Assembly (NCBI GenBank): GCA_900549915.1
Contig: URQF01000002.1
Span: 1-38,799 of the forward strand
Origin: an uncultured Mollicutes bacterium
Lineage (GTDB): Bacteria > Bacillota_I > Bacilli_A > RFN20 > CAG-288
Direction: 5' to 3'
Length of the DNA: 38,799 nt
The notes below the pieces were generated by a model. The model was not told the DNA's origin and did no database searches. It saw nothing but the letters and a program-made list of their open reading frames with translations. Positions 28,689-37,498 of the stretch are shown piece by piece. Positions within the stretch are counted from its first letter, which is position 1. Each line of letters starts with the position of its first letter. The position numbers were made by a program, and so were the translations under genes.

Positions 28689-30648
28689 GAGCTAATTTAC
28701 CGCCTTTCTGCCTCTTACTCAGTTCAATATTAACCTGCTGAGCAAAGGTCTTAGGATCGTCAACACCATAGACATTGAATACTGGTTGATAAGTGTTCGT
28801 CGAGCTATATGTATTTGATGTACTTCCATAATCCGAGCTATTCCGATTGGAACTGCGCATGTTTTTCGACACACTTTGAGTATTATCATAAGAAGAATCA
28901 GAAGAGACATCGATATCTCCAGAGACGTCATCGAGTTGACTCTGAATCTTGGAATCGTCAACGACAGGGTTAACATTGACGTCATAACTGTTGTCATTTC
29001 CGAAAGCACTATTAAATGCATCTTGAACAGCATCAACGCCTTCTCTAGTAGATTTAGCTAAATCGTCATTCCTATCTTTCCTTGTCTTTGAGATATTACT
29101 TGTGGCAGTACGTGCAGCCTCAGTAATACCACTTCCAGATGCCCACCGTTCTATAACAGCTTCAGTTGATGAATTGTCGACCTCAAGATTATTACGCATC
29201 CAGTTGGCGACCTTTTTTCCTACCCAGTTATTACTGAACATTGTGGCAAGACCTTCAATAATACCATTCCATAGTTCTCCTAATAGATACTTGATGGAAT
29301 TGATTAGATCTGACCAGATGTTATGCAAGACATCACCTATAAATTTAAGTATCTTACCAATACATGTCTTAATAGTTTCTTTGAAGACATAAGCAATACC
29401 TTCAATAGCTTCCGGAATCATCTTGCAAAGTGCAGCAAGGAATATAATCCTATCTTTTAGTAATGTTCCGACAAGGGTTCCAGCCATCCGGAAAATCATA
29501 CCAGTTACCTTCAGAACCATCTGGACAATTACCTTAACTAATTTTCCAATATTTTTGATTAATGCGTTAATCCTAGCAACCAAGAAATTAATAAGAGATT
29601 TTACGAGTTTTGGTGCGTTTGCTGTTAACAAATTAATTACTTTGATGATAATACTCAGAACCTTAGACATCATAGATGGAATATGTTCGTCCAAGGCAGA
29701 AAGGAGCAATTCAAGAACATTAAATACAGTATCGATTAAATCTTTTGCATTCTCATTGATGAGTTTGAGGACTCCTTTAACTAGATCGTTAACTAGATCA
29801 ATTATCTTTGGTATCCAGTCTTTCAACAAGGCATAGATCGAATCGCCATCTTCCATCAAATTATTGATGAATGTAGTGATTAACCCATGTATCTGCTCCA
29901 TCGCATTTTGAAGTCCAGAAACTAGTGCATCAGTGATGGCAATTGAAAGTTCAGATAGACTTTCCGCTATAGTTTCTATGTTCTCAGTGACAGTTGTGCA
30001 GAATGGAACTAGATTGGTAGTCAGTGCTTCGATTCCCATAGAGGCAGTCAAGATGCCGATACCAATCAACGTAAGAGCAGCACTTAGAGCCAATATCGCA
30101 CGTATCGCCGCCATAATCACTACTGAAACAAGTGCTAAGGCAGTAAAGGCTCCAGCGATTGCAAGAATATCAACGAACATTTTTCCGATGTTCAATTCCT
30201 GCATTGCTTCCATAGCTTTTGAGAAAACTAGGATGGCTGAAGAAAATACGAGCCTGGCAGATGCAGCAACAAGCAAAGATGCTGAGAAAACGACTAGACC
30301 AGCAACTCCGATTAGACCGGTTCCTCCGCTGGCAGATATCAAAGCCACAATTCCAGCAAATAATGCTAATACTGAGACCAATACTCCAGCTGCGATTAGC
30401 CTAGATTTCCATGGCACAGCAGCTAATTGTTTTACTGCTTCGGCAAAGACTAGGAGAGATAAACTAATAGCAGTCCTGGATCCTACTGCTGCAACAAGTT
30501 TAGTTGCACTACTCATAGAGTTAGATAACTTGATGAGGATCGCAATAACCCCAGCATTCAAGGTTAGCATTGTTTCTATTATTTCAATGTTTGTTTGACT
30601 TATACCAAGTTCTCTTTGAAAATAGTTTTTGAAAACGAATAGGAGCAT
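28678..30648 (-). CDS. Tape measure protein, probably 5'-truncated
   Basis: It sits directly upstream of Dit. Composition is helical, Ala/Leu/Ile-rich, with hydrophobic segments and a polar C-terminus. There is no SD before the ATG at 30648. The frame stays open upstream to 30721 but is overlapped there by a plus-strand gene. Confidence 0.6.
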   Translation of the reverse strand: MLLFVFKNYFQRELGISQTNIEIIETMLTLNAGVIAILIKLSNSMSSATKLVAAVGSRTAISLSLLVFAEAVKQLAAVPWKSRLIAAGVLVSVLALFAGIVALISASGGTGLIGVAGLVVFSASLLVAASARLVFSSAILVFSKAMEAMQELNIGKMFVDILAIAGAFTALALVSVVIMAAIRAILALSAALTLIGIGILTASMGIEALTTNLVPFCTTVTENIETIAESLSELSIAITDALVSGLQNAMEQIHGLITTFINNLMEDGDSIYALLKDWIPKIIDLVNDLVKGVLKLINENAKDLIDTVFNVLELLLSALDEHIPSMMSKVLSIIIKVINLLTANAPKLVKSLINFLVARINALIKNIGKLVKVIVQMVLKVTGMIFRMAGTLVGTLLKDRIIFLAALCKMIPEAIEGIAYVFKETIKTCIGKILKFIGDVLHNIWSDLINSIKYLLGELWNGIIEGLATMFSNNWVGKKVANWMRNNLEVDNSSTEAVIERWASGSGITEAARTATSNISKTRKDRNDDLAKSTREGVDAVQDAFNSAFGNDNSYDVNVNPVVDDSKIQSQLDDVSGDIDVSSDSSYDNTQSVSKNMRSSNRNSSDYGSTSNTYSSTNTYQPVFNVYGVDDPKTFAQQVNIELSKRQKGGKLAHGS

Positions 30649-30653
30649 AGATT

Positions 30654-31400
30654 GTGGTAAATTTTCAATATTACAAAGATGTTTGGGACCATTGTCGGGA
30701 GATTCTGAAGAAGTACTATATCAAAGACTTCAAAAACCAAATTACATCTTATAAGCAAGGAGAAGTCTTTTACGATGAAGCTCCGGCATATAGGAAAACC
30801 TTTCCAAAGCTTGGAAGATTCGATAACTTTTTCTATTATGCCTATTCTAAGAAAGAATTCCATCCTAAGAATTTCCTTACCGAACAGCCAAAAGATGCCG
30901 TCTACTGGAAATATTACAGGAAAGATGGAAAACCTCTATTAGTCAATTTCTGTATTCCTGTCATTTCAATAAATTATGATGACTTAGCAAAAGATTACAT
31001 TCCGATTGATATCGGGTATTTCATCTATGATCGTAACATAGGGGACATTACCAACTTCTGCATCACAGAGGAGAAAGAAGACGGAAGGCATTATCTAGAT
31101 ATCACTACTGGGTACAGGATGGTAGAAGAAACCGAGCCTTTCTTTGTTACAGAATATGTTGTCTCAAAGGACAGAAAACGAGTGGATTCTTATTTGAGGA
31201 ACGGACTTGTTTGCTTTCACAGACATGCTACACTCTACCATAATCAGGACTATAGGGATTCAGTTCGAGAAGACAGCAAATTCGTCCGGATTTCAGACCT
31301 GAAAATACCAGTTTTAAAAGAAACAAGGAAACCCTATGTACAGGGAGATCAGACTTCTCATTATAAGAAGCTGATTAAGGAAGGATTTAAACCAGTATAA
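30654..31400 (+). CDS. Hypothetical protein (248 aa) at the prophage truncation junction
   Basis: GTG start with GGAG 8 nt upstream. No recognisable motif. Opposite strand to all flanking genes. Confidence 0.5.
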   Translation: MVNFQYYKDVWDHCREILKKYYIKDFKNQITSYKQGEVFYDEAPAYRKTFPKLGRFDNFFYYAYSKKEFHPKNFLTEQPKDAVYWKYYRKDGKPLLVNFCIPVISINYDDLAKDYIPIDIGYFIYDRNIGDITNFCITEEKEDGRHYLDITTGYRMVEETEPFFVTEYVVSKDRKRVDSYLRNGLVCFHRHATLYHNQDYRDSVREDSKFVRISDLKIPVLKETRKPYVQGDQTSHYKKLIKEGFKPV

Positions 31401-31518
31401 CAATCCAATAAGAGAGTTGTTCTACTATAGTTTGATTCAAGCACATCGAAAAAAGCTGTTTTCTTTTGAAATAAAGCAAGAACACGGATTCTTAGATTAA
31501 GGATTTGATTCTCTTAAA

Positions 31519-31556
31519 CAAATCAAAAGACCCGCTTTATCCTTTCAAAACGGGTC
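31519..31556 (-). terminator. Rho-independent terminator of the ABC/kinase operon
   Basis: On the minus strand, the stem gacccg (31556..31551) / cgggtc (31534..31529) is followed by ttttgattt. Confidence 0.45.
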
Positions 31557-31590
31557 CTGGTTAAAATGGAAATAATGATTTGATTTAAAA

Positions 31591-32892
31591 CTACCTAAGT
31601 CCGGCAATATAAGATTGCCCAAGGCGACGGAAATGCTCATCCGAAGTAAACACTTCAATAGAAGACAGACCTTTGTTCTGAAGATATTCTTTTGTACCAA
31701 GCAACAGGTATTCGCCTCCTTTTCCTGTCCTGACTCTACCTAAAGCAAGAACAGATGTGAAAGGAAGAAAACGATGGAAGAAAGTAAGAGCAGAACCGAG
31801 ATAAGTCCCCATTTCCTTATAGCACTCAAGAACAACCGGATTATTCTTATCTGCTTCTTTCTGTATCTGGACAAGTTGTTGGGGAAGCGTACCGTCAAAA
31901 GAAATACCGGCATTCTTGCTTAGACGGATAATTCCTTTTTGAGAAAGATATTCAGTACCTGCTCCTTTAATGCCTAAATCATAATGAGAATAGGCGGACG
32001 GAGAATAGTCTAGCGGAATCTTACCCCATTCATTAATCCATCCATTGAAGGAAGAATGACAGCAGTATCCGCTAGCAAGCCCTGTTCCAAAAGCAAGTCC
32101 GACAATATTGTCTTTCTTAAAAACAAGACTTCCTCCAAAGGCAGATATATCTCCATCATTATGTACAAGAACAGGAACATTCGAAAATTCTTTTTTTGCG
32201 ATGTCCATGAAAATGGACCGTACATAGCGATCCTTATCCTCTTGAGGAACAGACATGAATAGAGTCGGTTCTAGAAGCTGGTTATGAGAAACAACACCAG
32301 CCGTCGAGATTCCGATAGAGTCCACATGAGGAAGATGACTAGCTGCGTGTTTAAGACTCTCTAAAATTCCATTGTAGTGATAATGATAGTCTTTTTCACA
32401 CTTAGGAGACCACAATACTTCTTCGGAAAAGACATCCTTTCCATCGATGATAGCTGTGACCTTGCGATCACTGCCGCCTTCATCAAAACCAATCCGGCAT
32501 CCTTTGCTCTCCCCGTTTAATCTTGTCCAAGAACATCTGTCTTTATAGATCTGTCTCGTAGAGGTAAAAGAAAAAGGTGTCTGGAAGATACGTTCCATCC
32601 GCTTTATGCTGGTATTCATCTCCTCATCATTCCGAATTCTCTGTTTCCTAAAATCAAAGAAGAAAGCATCGCCATTGAATTTAAAGTCCGTACCACCAAC
32701 AAGCCACATTAAAGTAAGAAGAATCTTCTTTATATAGTAAAAGGATTCTTCCCTATTATCACTATGTAGTCCGTGATAAGTATAGGAGATCTCATCCCCG
32801 CGCTGAATGGTCAGCAAATACGGATGGTGGCTTCTCCCCTCAAAAGAGGAGAGAGCACTATCCGCGCCGATGAAATCGGAATTATATTTCAT
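31591..32892 (-). CDS. ROK-like sugar kinase (ASKHA fold) with an N-terminal extension
   Basis: Motifs GFDEGGSD (phosphate-1-like), IGISTAGVV, LVHNDGDISAFGG and LAFGTGLASG. The ROK zinc-Cys motif is absent. The gene starts 3 nt after the ATPase stop. Confidence 0.55.
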   Translation of the reverse strand: MKYNSDFIGADSALSSFEGRSHHPYLLTIQRGDEISYTYHGLHSDNREESFYYIKKILLTLMWLVGGTDFKFNGDAFFFDFRKQRIRNDEEMNTSIKRMERIFQTPFSFTSTRQIYKDRCSWTRLNGESKGCRIGFDEGGSDRKVTAIIDGKDVFSEEVLWSPKCEKDYHYHYNGILESLKHAASHLPHVDSIGISTAGVVSHNQLLEPTLFMSVPQEDKDRYVRSIFMDIAKKEFSNVPVLVHNDGDISAFGGSLVFKKDNIVGLAFGTGLASGYCCHSSFNGWINEWGKIPLDYSPSAYSHYDLGIKGAGTEYLSQKGIIRLSKNAGISFDGTLPQQLVQIQKEADKNNPVVLECYKEMGTYLGSALTFFHRFLPFTSVLALGRVRTGKGGEYLLLGTKEYLQNKGLSSIEVFTSDEHFRRLGQSYIAGLR

Positions 32893-32895
32893 GGA

Positions 32896-35604
32896 TTAGT
32901 CCGCTAGAATTTCGAGTAAGCCAGAGGAAATCCTCTTTCCAGAAACCTTATCAAAGAGAAGAATGCCTTTTCCTTTGGTATTAATCTCCAAAGTCTCGTT
33001 CCTACTATAGTCAGAATCACCGAAAATAACAGAAGTCAGAAGATAGCCATCGACAGAAAGACGGATGGTCGTTTCCCTGCCGGAAGGCATTGCGGAATAG
33101 ACTTTTCCTTCCATGCCTTTTCCTTGTTCAGCAATCGTGAAGAACTCAGGACGGATACCAATGACATAATCATCTTTTTCAATGACTTTCTCATCACGAC
33201 GTTCTTTATCACCATCCTCAGTTAACCTGTGATAGTTGAAGAGAGTATCTTTGTTTCCTTTTTCAACATAGGAACGAAGTTTCTTTAAACGAAGAAGTTC
33301 TTCTTCTTTCTTCTCTGCTTCCAAATCTCGTGTCTTGATTTCCTCTTCTAAGGAAATCGGTGCATTCGGATAGAAGACTGCATGCCGATTATTAAAGAAA
33401 GTCCTATATAAAGAACCATCTTCTCTCTCCTTTACCTTCGTTTCAATGAAGGTAATCGCTGGATTACCGACAAAGTCAGCAACAAAGAGATTATTCGGAC
33501 GACGATAGACCGTCAATGGTGCATCATACTGCTGAAGAACACCATTGTTCAATAAGCAGATGTGGGTGGCAAGAGTCCTTGCTTCGAGCTGATCATGGGT
33601 AACATAGACAAAGGTAGCTCCGGTATCCCGGTGCAAACGCTTAAGCTCAGAACGCCTTTCCAGACGAAGCTTTGCATCAAGGTTGGAAAGCGGTTCATCC
33701 CTGAAGAGAACCTTCGGTCCAGGAGCTAACGTACGTGCAATAGCAACACGCTGCTGCTGACCACCAGATAATTCATTCGGGAAACGATCCCTGAATTCTT
33801 CGACTTTGACAATACGGGCTGCATGGCGAAGTTTCAACTCGATTTCTTCTTTGTCCAAAGCACGGACTTTGGAAAGATGGCAGGCTTTTCCATTAATCTT
33901 GGAGATAGCAATATTCCTCTCGCCACGGGCAGAATTGATAAGGGAAGTGTATTTTTCCCTCTCCATAGAGTAATCCTTCAGAGTCTTGTATTTTGGCTCT
34001 AAGGCAGCATAAGTCCTCTTAACAAGGGAAGCAGCAGCCTCGCGGATCCTATCATGAGCTTCTTTGTACTCTTTCTTATTTGGATGAGAGACCGATTCGA
34101 CGACTTCTTCCAAGAATTCAACAAGACCATTACGGATAGCTTCTTCTGTTCCAAGGCAAGCATCATCTGCTTTTTCATAGAAAGCTTTGATGGCATGGTT
34201 CTTCTTGGCTTCATCGATGTGATTGACTAAGTCAAGGACATTGGCTTTAGCTTCCGGAACAACACGTTCTGCCTGATCAAGGAACCGTTTCCTAGCCGCT
34301 TTGTTTGCTTTATGATCAACCTTGTAACTAGCCCCTTCCACGTATTCGAATGATTTGATAATCTTGTTCTGATCTTCTTTCGGAAGATAAGAGATTTCCT
34401 TCTTCAGGGAAGAATAGAATTCATCAAGGGTTCCATGTCCGATAGCAGAGATAAGTTTATCGAAATAAGGTTCAATACCCTCGCTGATCTGCAAAGAATA
34501 GTTCCGCATCGTCTTATTGTTCGAAACCATCTGGGCATTGATTTTCTTTTCATCATTGGTTGCATAAGCTACCATCCTCTGCTGAAGCAAAAGAATCGTC
34601 CTATGAATAGAATCATCTCCAAGGAAGAAAAGAGAATCCTTGATTTCTTCAAAGAACGCATTAATCTTATCTTTTTCTTCTAGATAAGCAGGAATATTCT
34701 CTTCCCTAATCTGGATATCCTTTTTCAGAACTTCACGTTCGCTCAAAGGAAGAAGACTCCTAGCTTCCTTCCTCTTCTCGATATGATTCGCTAAATGTTG
34801 ATTCTTCTCAGAAAGCTTCCTCTCAACACCAAAGAGACGATTTTCCTCTTTCAGAGTATCTCCCGCTTTTTCAAGTGCATAAGCCTGCTTGAGGAAGGAG
34901 TCTACATTTCCGCCATCTGTCCTAGCCTTGTTATAGCCTGGAATCTGAACAAGCTGACCATCATCTAAGACCTGAATATCTTTCTGCATCCAAGCTGCTT
35001 TCCTTTGATCCAAAGCAGCATTGCATTCTGAGATTTTCAAAGCGACCTTATTCTCGACATCGCCATTTTCCAAATGAAGCTTAAATACTTCCTTTGCAGT
35101 GTATTGACTGACTGTGAATTCATCAATAATCTTGATGATAGCACGGCTATCAATAATACGTCCTTTCTTGTCTTTGGCATCATTGACAAGCTTAATGACT
35201 TTATTAGGATCCTGAAGAACACGAATAACATCCTTACGAGTCTTGTATTTGAAATCACAGACCGGGAGCTTTTCCTTGACGTTCTTAAGACCGAAAGTGA
35301 TGTTCTGATAGACGGTCCTATTGGGCCAGAGAGCATAGTTCTGGAAAAGGAAACCGACATCACGCTTATTAGCAGGAATGTTGATACCTGCCTCGGAATC
35401 AAAGACAACCTTATCGCCGATTTTGATTTGTCCGGAAGTCGGTGTTTCAAGACCCGCAATCCTACGAAGGATGGTTGTCTTACCGCATCCGGAAGGTCCT
35501 AAAAGAGTAATGAACGACTTGTCTGGAATATCTAAGCTGACATGATCGGTTGCATAGAAGTCTTTCCAGCGTTTGACAATATCCGTTAAAACAATACTTG
35601 GCAT
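32896..35604 (-). CDS. ABC transporter ATP-binding protein, MalK/MsmX/UgpC type, with a ~470-aa internal insertion
   Basis: Walker A is GPSGCGKTT. TILR-[AGG]-IAGLE has its AGG at 35461..35463. FQNYALWPN-[AGG]-TV has its AGG at 35317..35319. The signature is LSGGQQQRVAIAR (both Arg are CGT). Walker B LF-[AGG]-DEPLSNLD has its AGG at 33700..33702. LE-[AGG]-R has its AGG at 33655..33657. THDQLEA-[AGG]-TLA has its AGG at 33577..33579. A C-terminal regulatory domain is present. Confidence 0.92.
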   Translation of the reverse strand: MPSIVLTDIVKRWKDFYATDHVSLDIPDKSFITLLGPSGCGKTTILRRIAGLETPTSGQIKIGDKVVFDSEAGINIPANKRDVGFLFQNYALWPNRTVYQNITFGLKNVKEKLPVCDFKYKTRKDVIRVLQDPNKVIKLVNDAKDKKGRIIDSRAIIKIIDEFTVSQYTAKEVFKLHLENGDVENKVALKISECNAALDQRKAAWMQKDIQVLDDGQLVQIPGYNKARTDGGNVDSFLKQAYALEKAGDTLKEENRLFGVERKLSEKNQHLANHIEKRKEARSLLPLSEREVLKKDIQIREENIPAYLEEKDKINAFFEEIKDSLFFLGDDSIHRTILLLQQRMVAYATNDEKKINAQMVSNNKTMRNYSLQISEGIEPYFDKLISAIGHGTLDEFYSSLKKEISYLPKEDQNKIIKSFEYVEGASYKVDHKANKAARKRFLDQAERVVPEAKANVLDLVNHIDEAKKNHAIKAFYEKADDACLGTEEAIRNGLVEFLEEVVESVSHPNKKEYKEAHDRIREAAASLVKRTYAALEPKYKTLKDYSMEREKYTSLINSARGERNIAISKINGKACHLSKVRALDKEEIELKLRHAARIVKVEEFRDRFPNELSGGQQQRVAIARTLAPGPKVLFRDEPLSNLDAKLRLERRSELKRLHRDTGATFVYVTHDQLEARTLATHICLLNNGVLQQYDAPLTVYRRPNNLFVADFVGNPAITFIETKVKEREDGSLYRTFFNNRHAVFYPNAPISLEEEIKTRDLEAEKKEEELLRLKKLRSYVEKGNKDTLFNYHRLTEDGDKERRDEKVIEKDDYVIGIRPEFFTIAEQGKGMEGKVYSAMPSGRETTIRLSVDGYLLTSVIFGDSDYSRNETLEINTKGKGILLFDKVSGKRISSGLLEILAD

Positions 35605-35607
35605 AGT

Positions 35608-37422
35608 TTAATTTCCTCCGACGCCTTTATCGATAGAAGCACCCGTAAGCTTATTGACAATCAAATTGAAGAGAAGAACCGTTAAGATGATAAGAAGGTT
35701 GAGAGCATTTGCCGACTGCGGCCACCACTGCATCCAGCTATCAAGCAAGGTTGTCCTTAATACAGTCTGTCCAGAAGCAAGAAGGACAAACAGAGATAAC
35801 TCACGCCTGCAGGAAGTGAATGGTAAGAGGTATCCAGAGATAACAGTTGATTTCTGGATAGGAACGATGATTCGAAGCATACGTTTCCACCAAGGAATGT
35901 TCTGAATAACGGCTGATTCTTCGATTTCTCCAGAGAGCTGCCTCCTAGCAGAGATACCGCTACGGGAAGCAAATGGAAGATACTTGAAGGCTCCAACGAG
36001 AATGAGAAGAACAATAGAATTCTGGATGCCAAGCGTTGTTCCAATACTTAAGAAAGCAGCACCTAAAGCCATGGAAGGCCTGAGGTAAGGTAAGAAGGCC
36101 AGATTATCGACTAACGAAGAAAGGAAAGTACCACGACGTTTTGCAACTGCATATCCAATTAAGATACCAAGCGTACCAGCAATCAAACAGCAAGAAACTG
36201 ACAAGAGTATCGAGTTCCGGAAAGCAAGCCATACTTGCGGTTCAAATAAAATACCGACTAATCCGTTACCCGCATCTGTCTCTGTCCGACTGATCCAGTA
36301 CTGAAGTGTCCTAGTGGAATAGTCTCCAGAACGAACACAAAGAGATTCTAATGCAAAGGTAATTAAAGGAAGAACCGAGCAGAACAAGGATAAGAAGACA
36401 AGGATAACAGCAATAGGATAGTTCCATCCACGAAGCTTGATATAAGAGACCTGACCGGATTTTCCAGTAACCGTGGTAAAGTTCTTACGCTTGCCAGTGA
36501 ACCACTGATTGAGAAGAAGAATACCAACACCTAAGACAATCCTGACAATAGCAAAGATATAGGCCTGTCCGTAGAATCCTTTGTTTGTAAACTGCTTCCT
36601 ATAGGTAGTGAGAACGTCTTGTCCACCGCCAAGGTACTGAGGAACAGCATAAGCAGACCTTGAAGACGAAAAGACTAAAAGGAAGGTAGAAATAATCGAA
36701 GGCATAACAATCGGAAGAGTAATCTTTCTTGTGATTTTCCAGCGGCTTGCCTTTAAAATTGTTGCTGCTTCTTCTAAGTTGGCATCCCTATTACGTAAGA
36801 TACCACCGATAAGAATGTAGGCAAACGGAGCATAGTGCCTTCCTAATACAACAGCACAGGGGACGATACCATAAACCATTCCGTTTGGAACCGAAATATG
36901 GAATAAGTTATAGAGCATACCGCCAACACCAGTACCAATGCTCGGATTCTGGAAGAAGTTCTGCCAGAAGGTAGCCAAAGTCCAAGAAGGCCTGATATAC
37001 GGGAAGACGAAGATACTGGAAAGGAATTTCTTTGCCTTGATATCAGTTCGAGTAATCAAGAAGGCGACAATGCCTCCATAGAGAATAGCGATAACACTCG
37101 CTAGAAGCGACATTTCCAATGAATTCAATAAAGGCTTCCAGAAATATGTTTTTGACCTCGAACTGGCAAAAACACGATTCCACCAGGCTGTCGTGAAGGA
37201 GCCTGGAATCAAGCCAAATACAATTTCACTGATGCTGACCGTAAATGTTGACTGGACAAGAGAAACCAAAGGATAAATCGTGAAAACAAGAAGAACCGCT
37301 GCAAAAATCACAAGCAGAACATTCGCAGGTACAGAAAAGTACCGGCGAACACTGTTCAAACTATGTTTGATTTTTCCTTCTTTCTTTGGCCTATGGTCGA
37401 TAATTAAATCCCTATTAGCCAT
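35608..37422 (-). CDS. ABC transporter permease, fused double domain (about 12 TM)
   Basis: Two EAA-type loops are present: NLEEAATILKASRWKITRKITLP and EIEESAVIQNIPWWKRMLRIIVP. An AAGGAG RBS is present. AGG at 36787..36789 (LRN-x-D) and 36079..36081 (LPYL-x-PS) lie in normally hydrophobic positions. Confidence 0.85.
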   Translation of the reverse strand: MANRDLIIDHRPKKEGKIKHSLNSVRRYFSVPANVLLVIFAAVLLVFTIYPLVSLVQSTFTVSISEIVFGLIPGSFTTAWWNRVFASSRSKTYFWKPLLNSLEMSLLASVIAILYGGIVAFLITRTDIKAKKFLSSIFVFPYIRPSWTLATFWQNFFQNPSIGTGVGGMLYNLFHISVPNGMVYGIVPCAVVLGRHYAPFAYILIGGILRNRDANLEEAATILKASRWKITRKITLPIVMPSIISTFLLVFSSSRSAYAVPQYLGGGQDVLTTYRKQFTNKGFYGQAYIFAIVRIVLGVGILLLNQWFTGKRKNFTTVTGKSGQVSYIKLRGWNYPIAVILVFLSLFCSVLPLITFALESLCVRSGDYSTRTLQYWISRTETDAGNGLVGILFEPQVWLAFRNSILLSVSCCLIAGTLGILIGYAVAKRRGTFLSSLVDNLAFLPYLRPSMALGAAFLSIGTTLGIQNSIVLLILVGAFKYLPFASRSGISARRQLSGEIEESAVIQNIPWWKRMLRIIVPIQKSTVISGYLLPFTSCRRELSLFVLLASGQTVLRTTLLDSWMQWWPQSANALNLLIILTVLLFNLIVNKLTGASIDKGVGGN

Positions 37423-37498
37423 TTTTATCTCCTTAATGGGGAAGAAGGACGGAGAAACCTTCTCCGTCCTTCTACAGATTCAGAATCAAATACGAATT

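Larger units (their letters stand above)
11115..30650 (-). mobile_element. Siphovirus-type prophage remnant: tail-tip/adsorption module plus holin cassette; no head, tube, replication or lysogeny genes
   Basis: The minus-strand genes run colinearly: TMP, Dit, Tal, lipoprotein, small ORFs, fibres, chaperone-like ORF, membrane HExxH protein, holin, terminator, then the tRNA 3' fragment in the position expected for attR. The upstream end is cut at about 30650 by a plus-strand gene. Confidence 0.8.

Noticed and set aside
11333-30648. The tail-only block might be a domesticated tailocin (F-type bacteriocin).
   Set aside because: There is no tail tube, terminator, chaperone or sheath gene, and the TMP appears 5'-truncated. 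A functional particle cannot be assembled from what is visible. I kept it only as a remnant.
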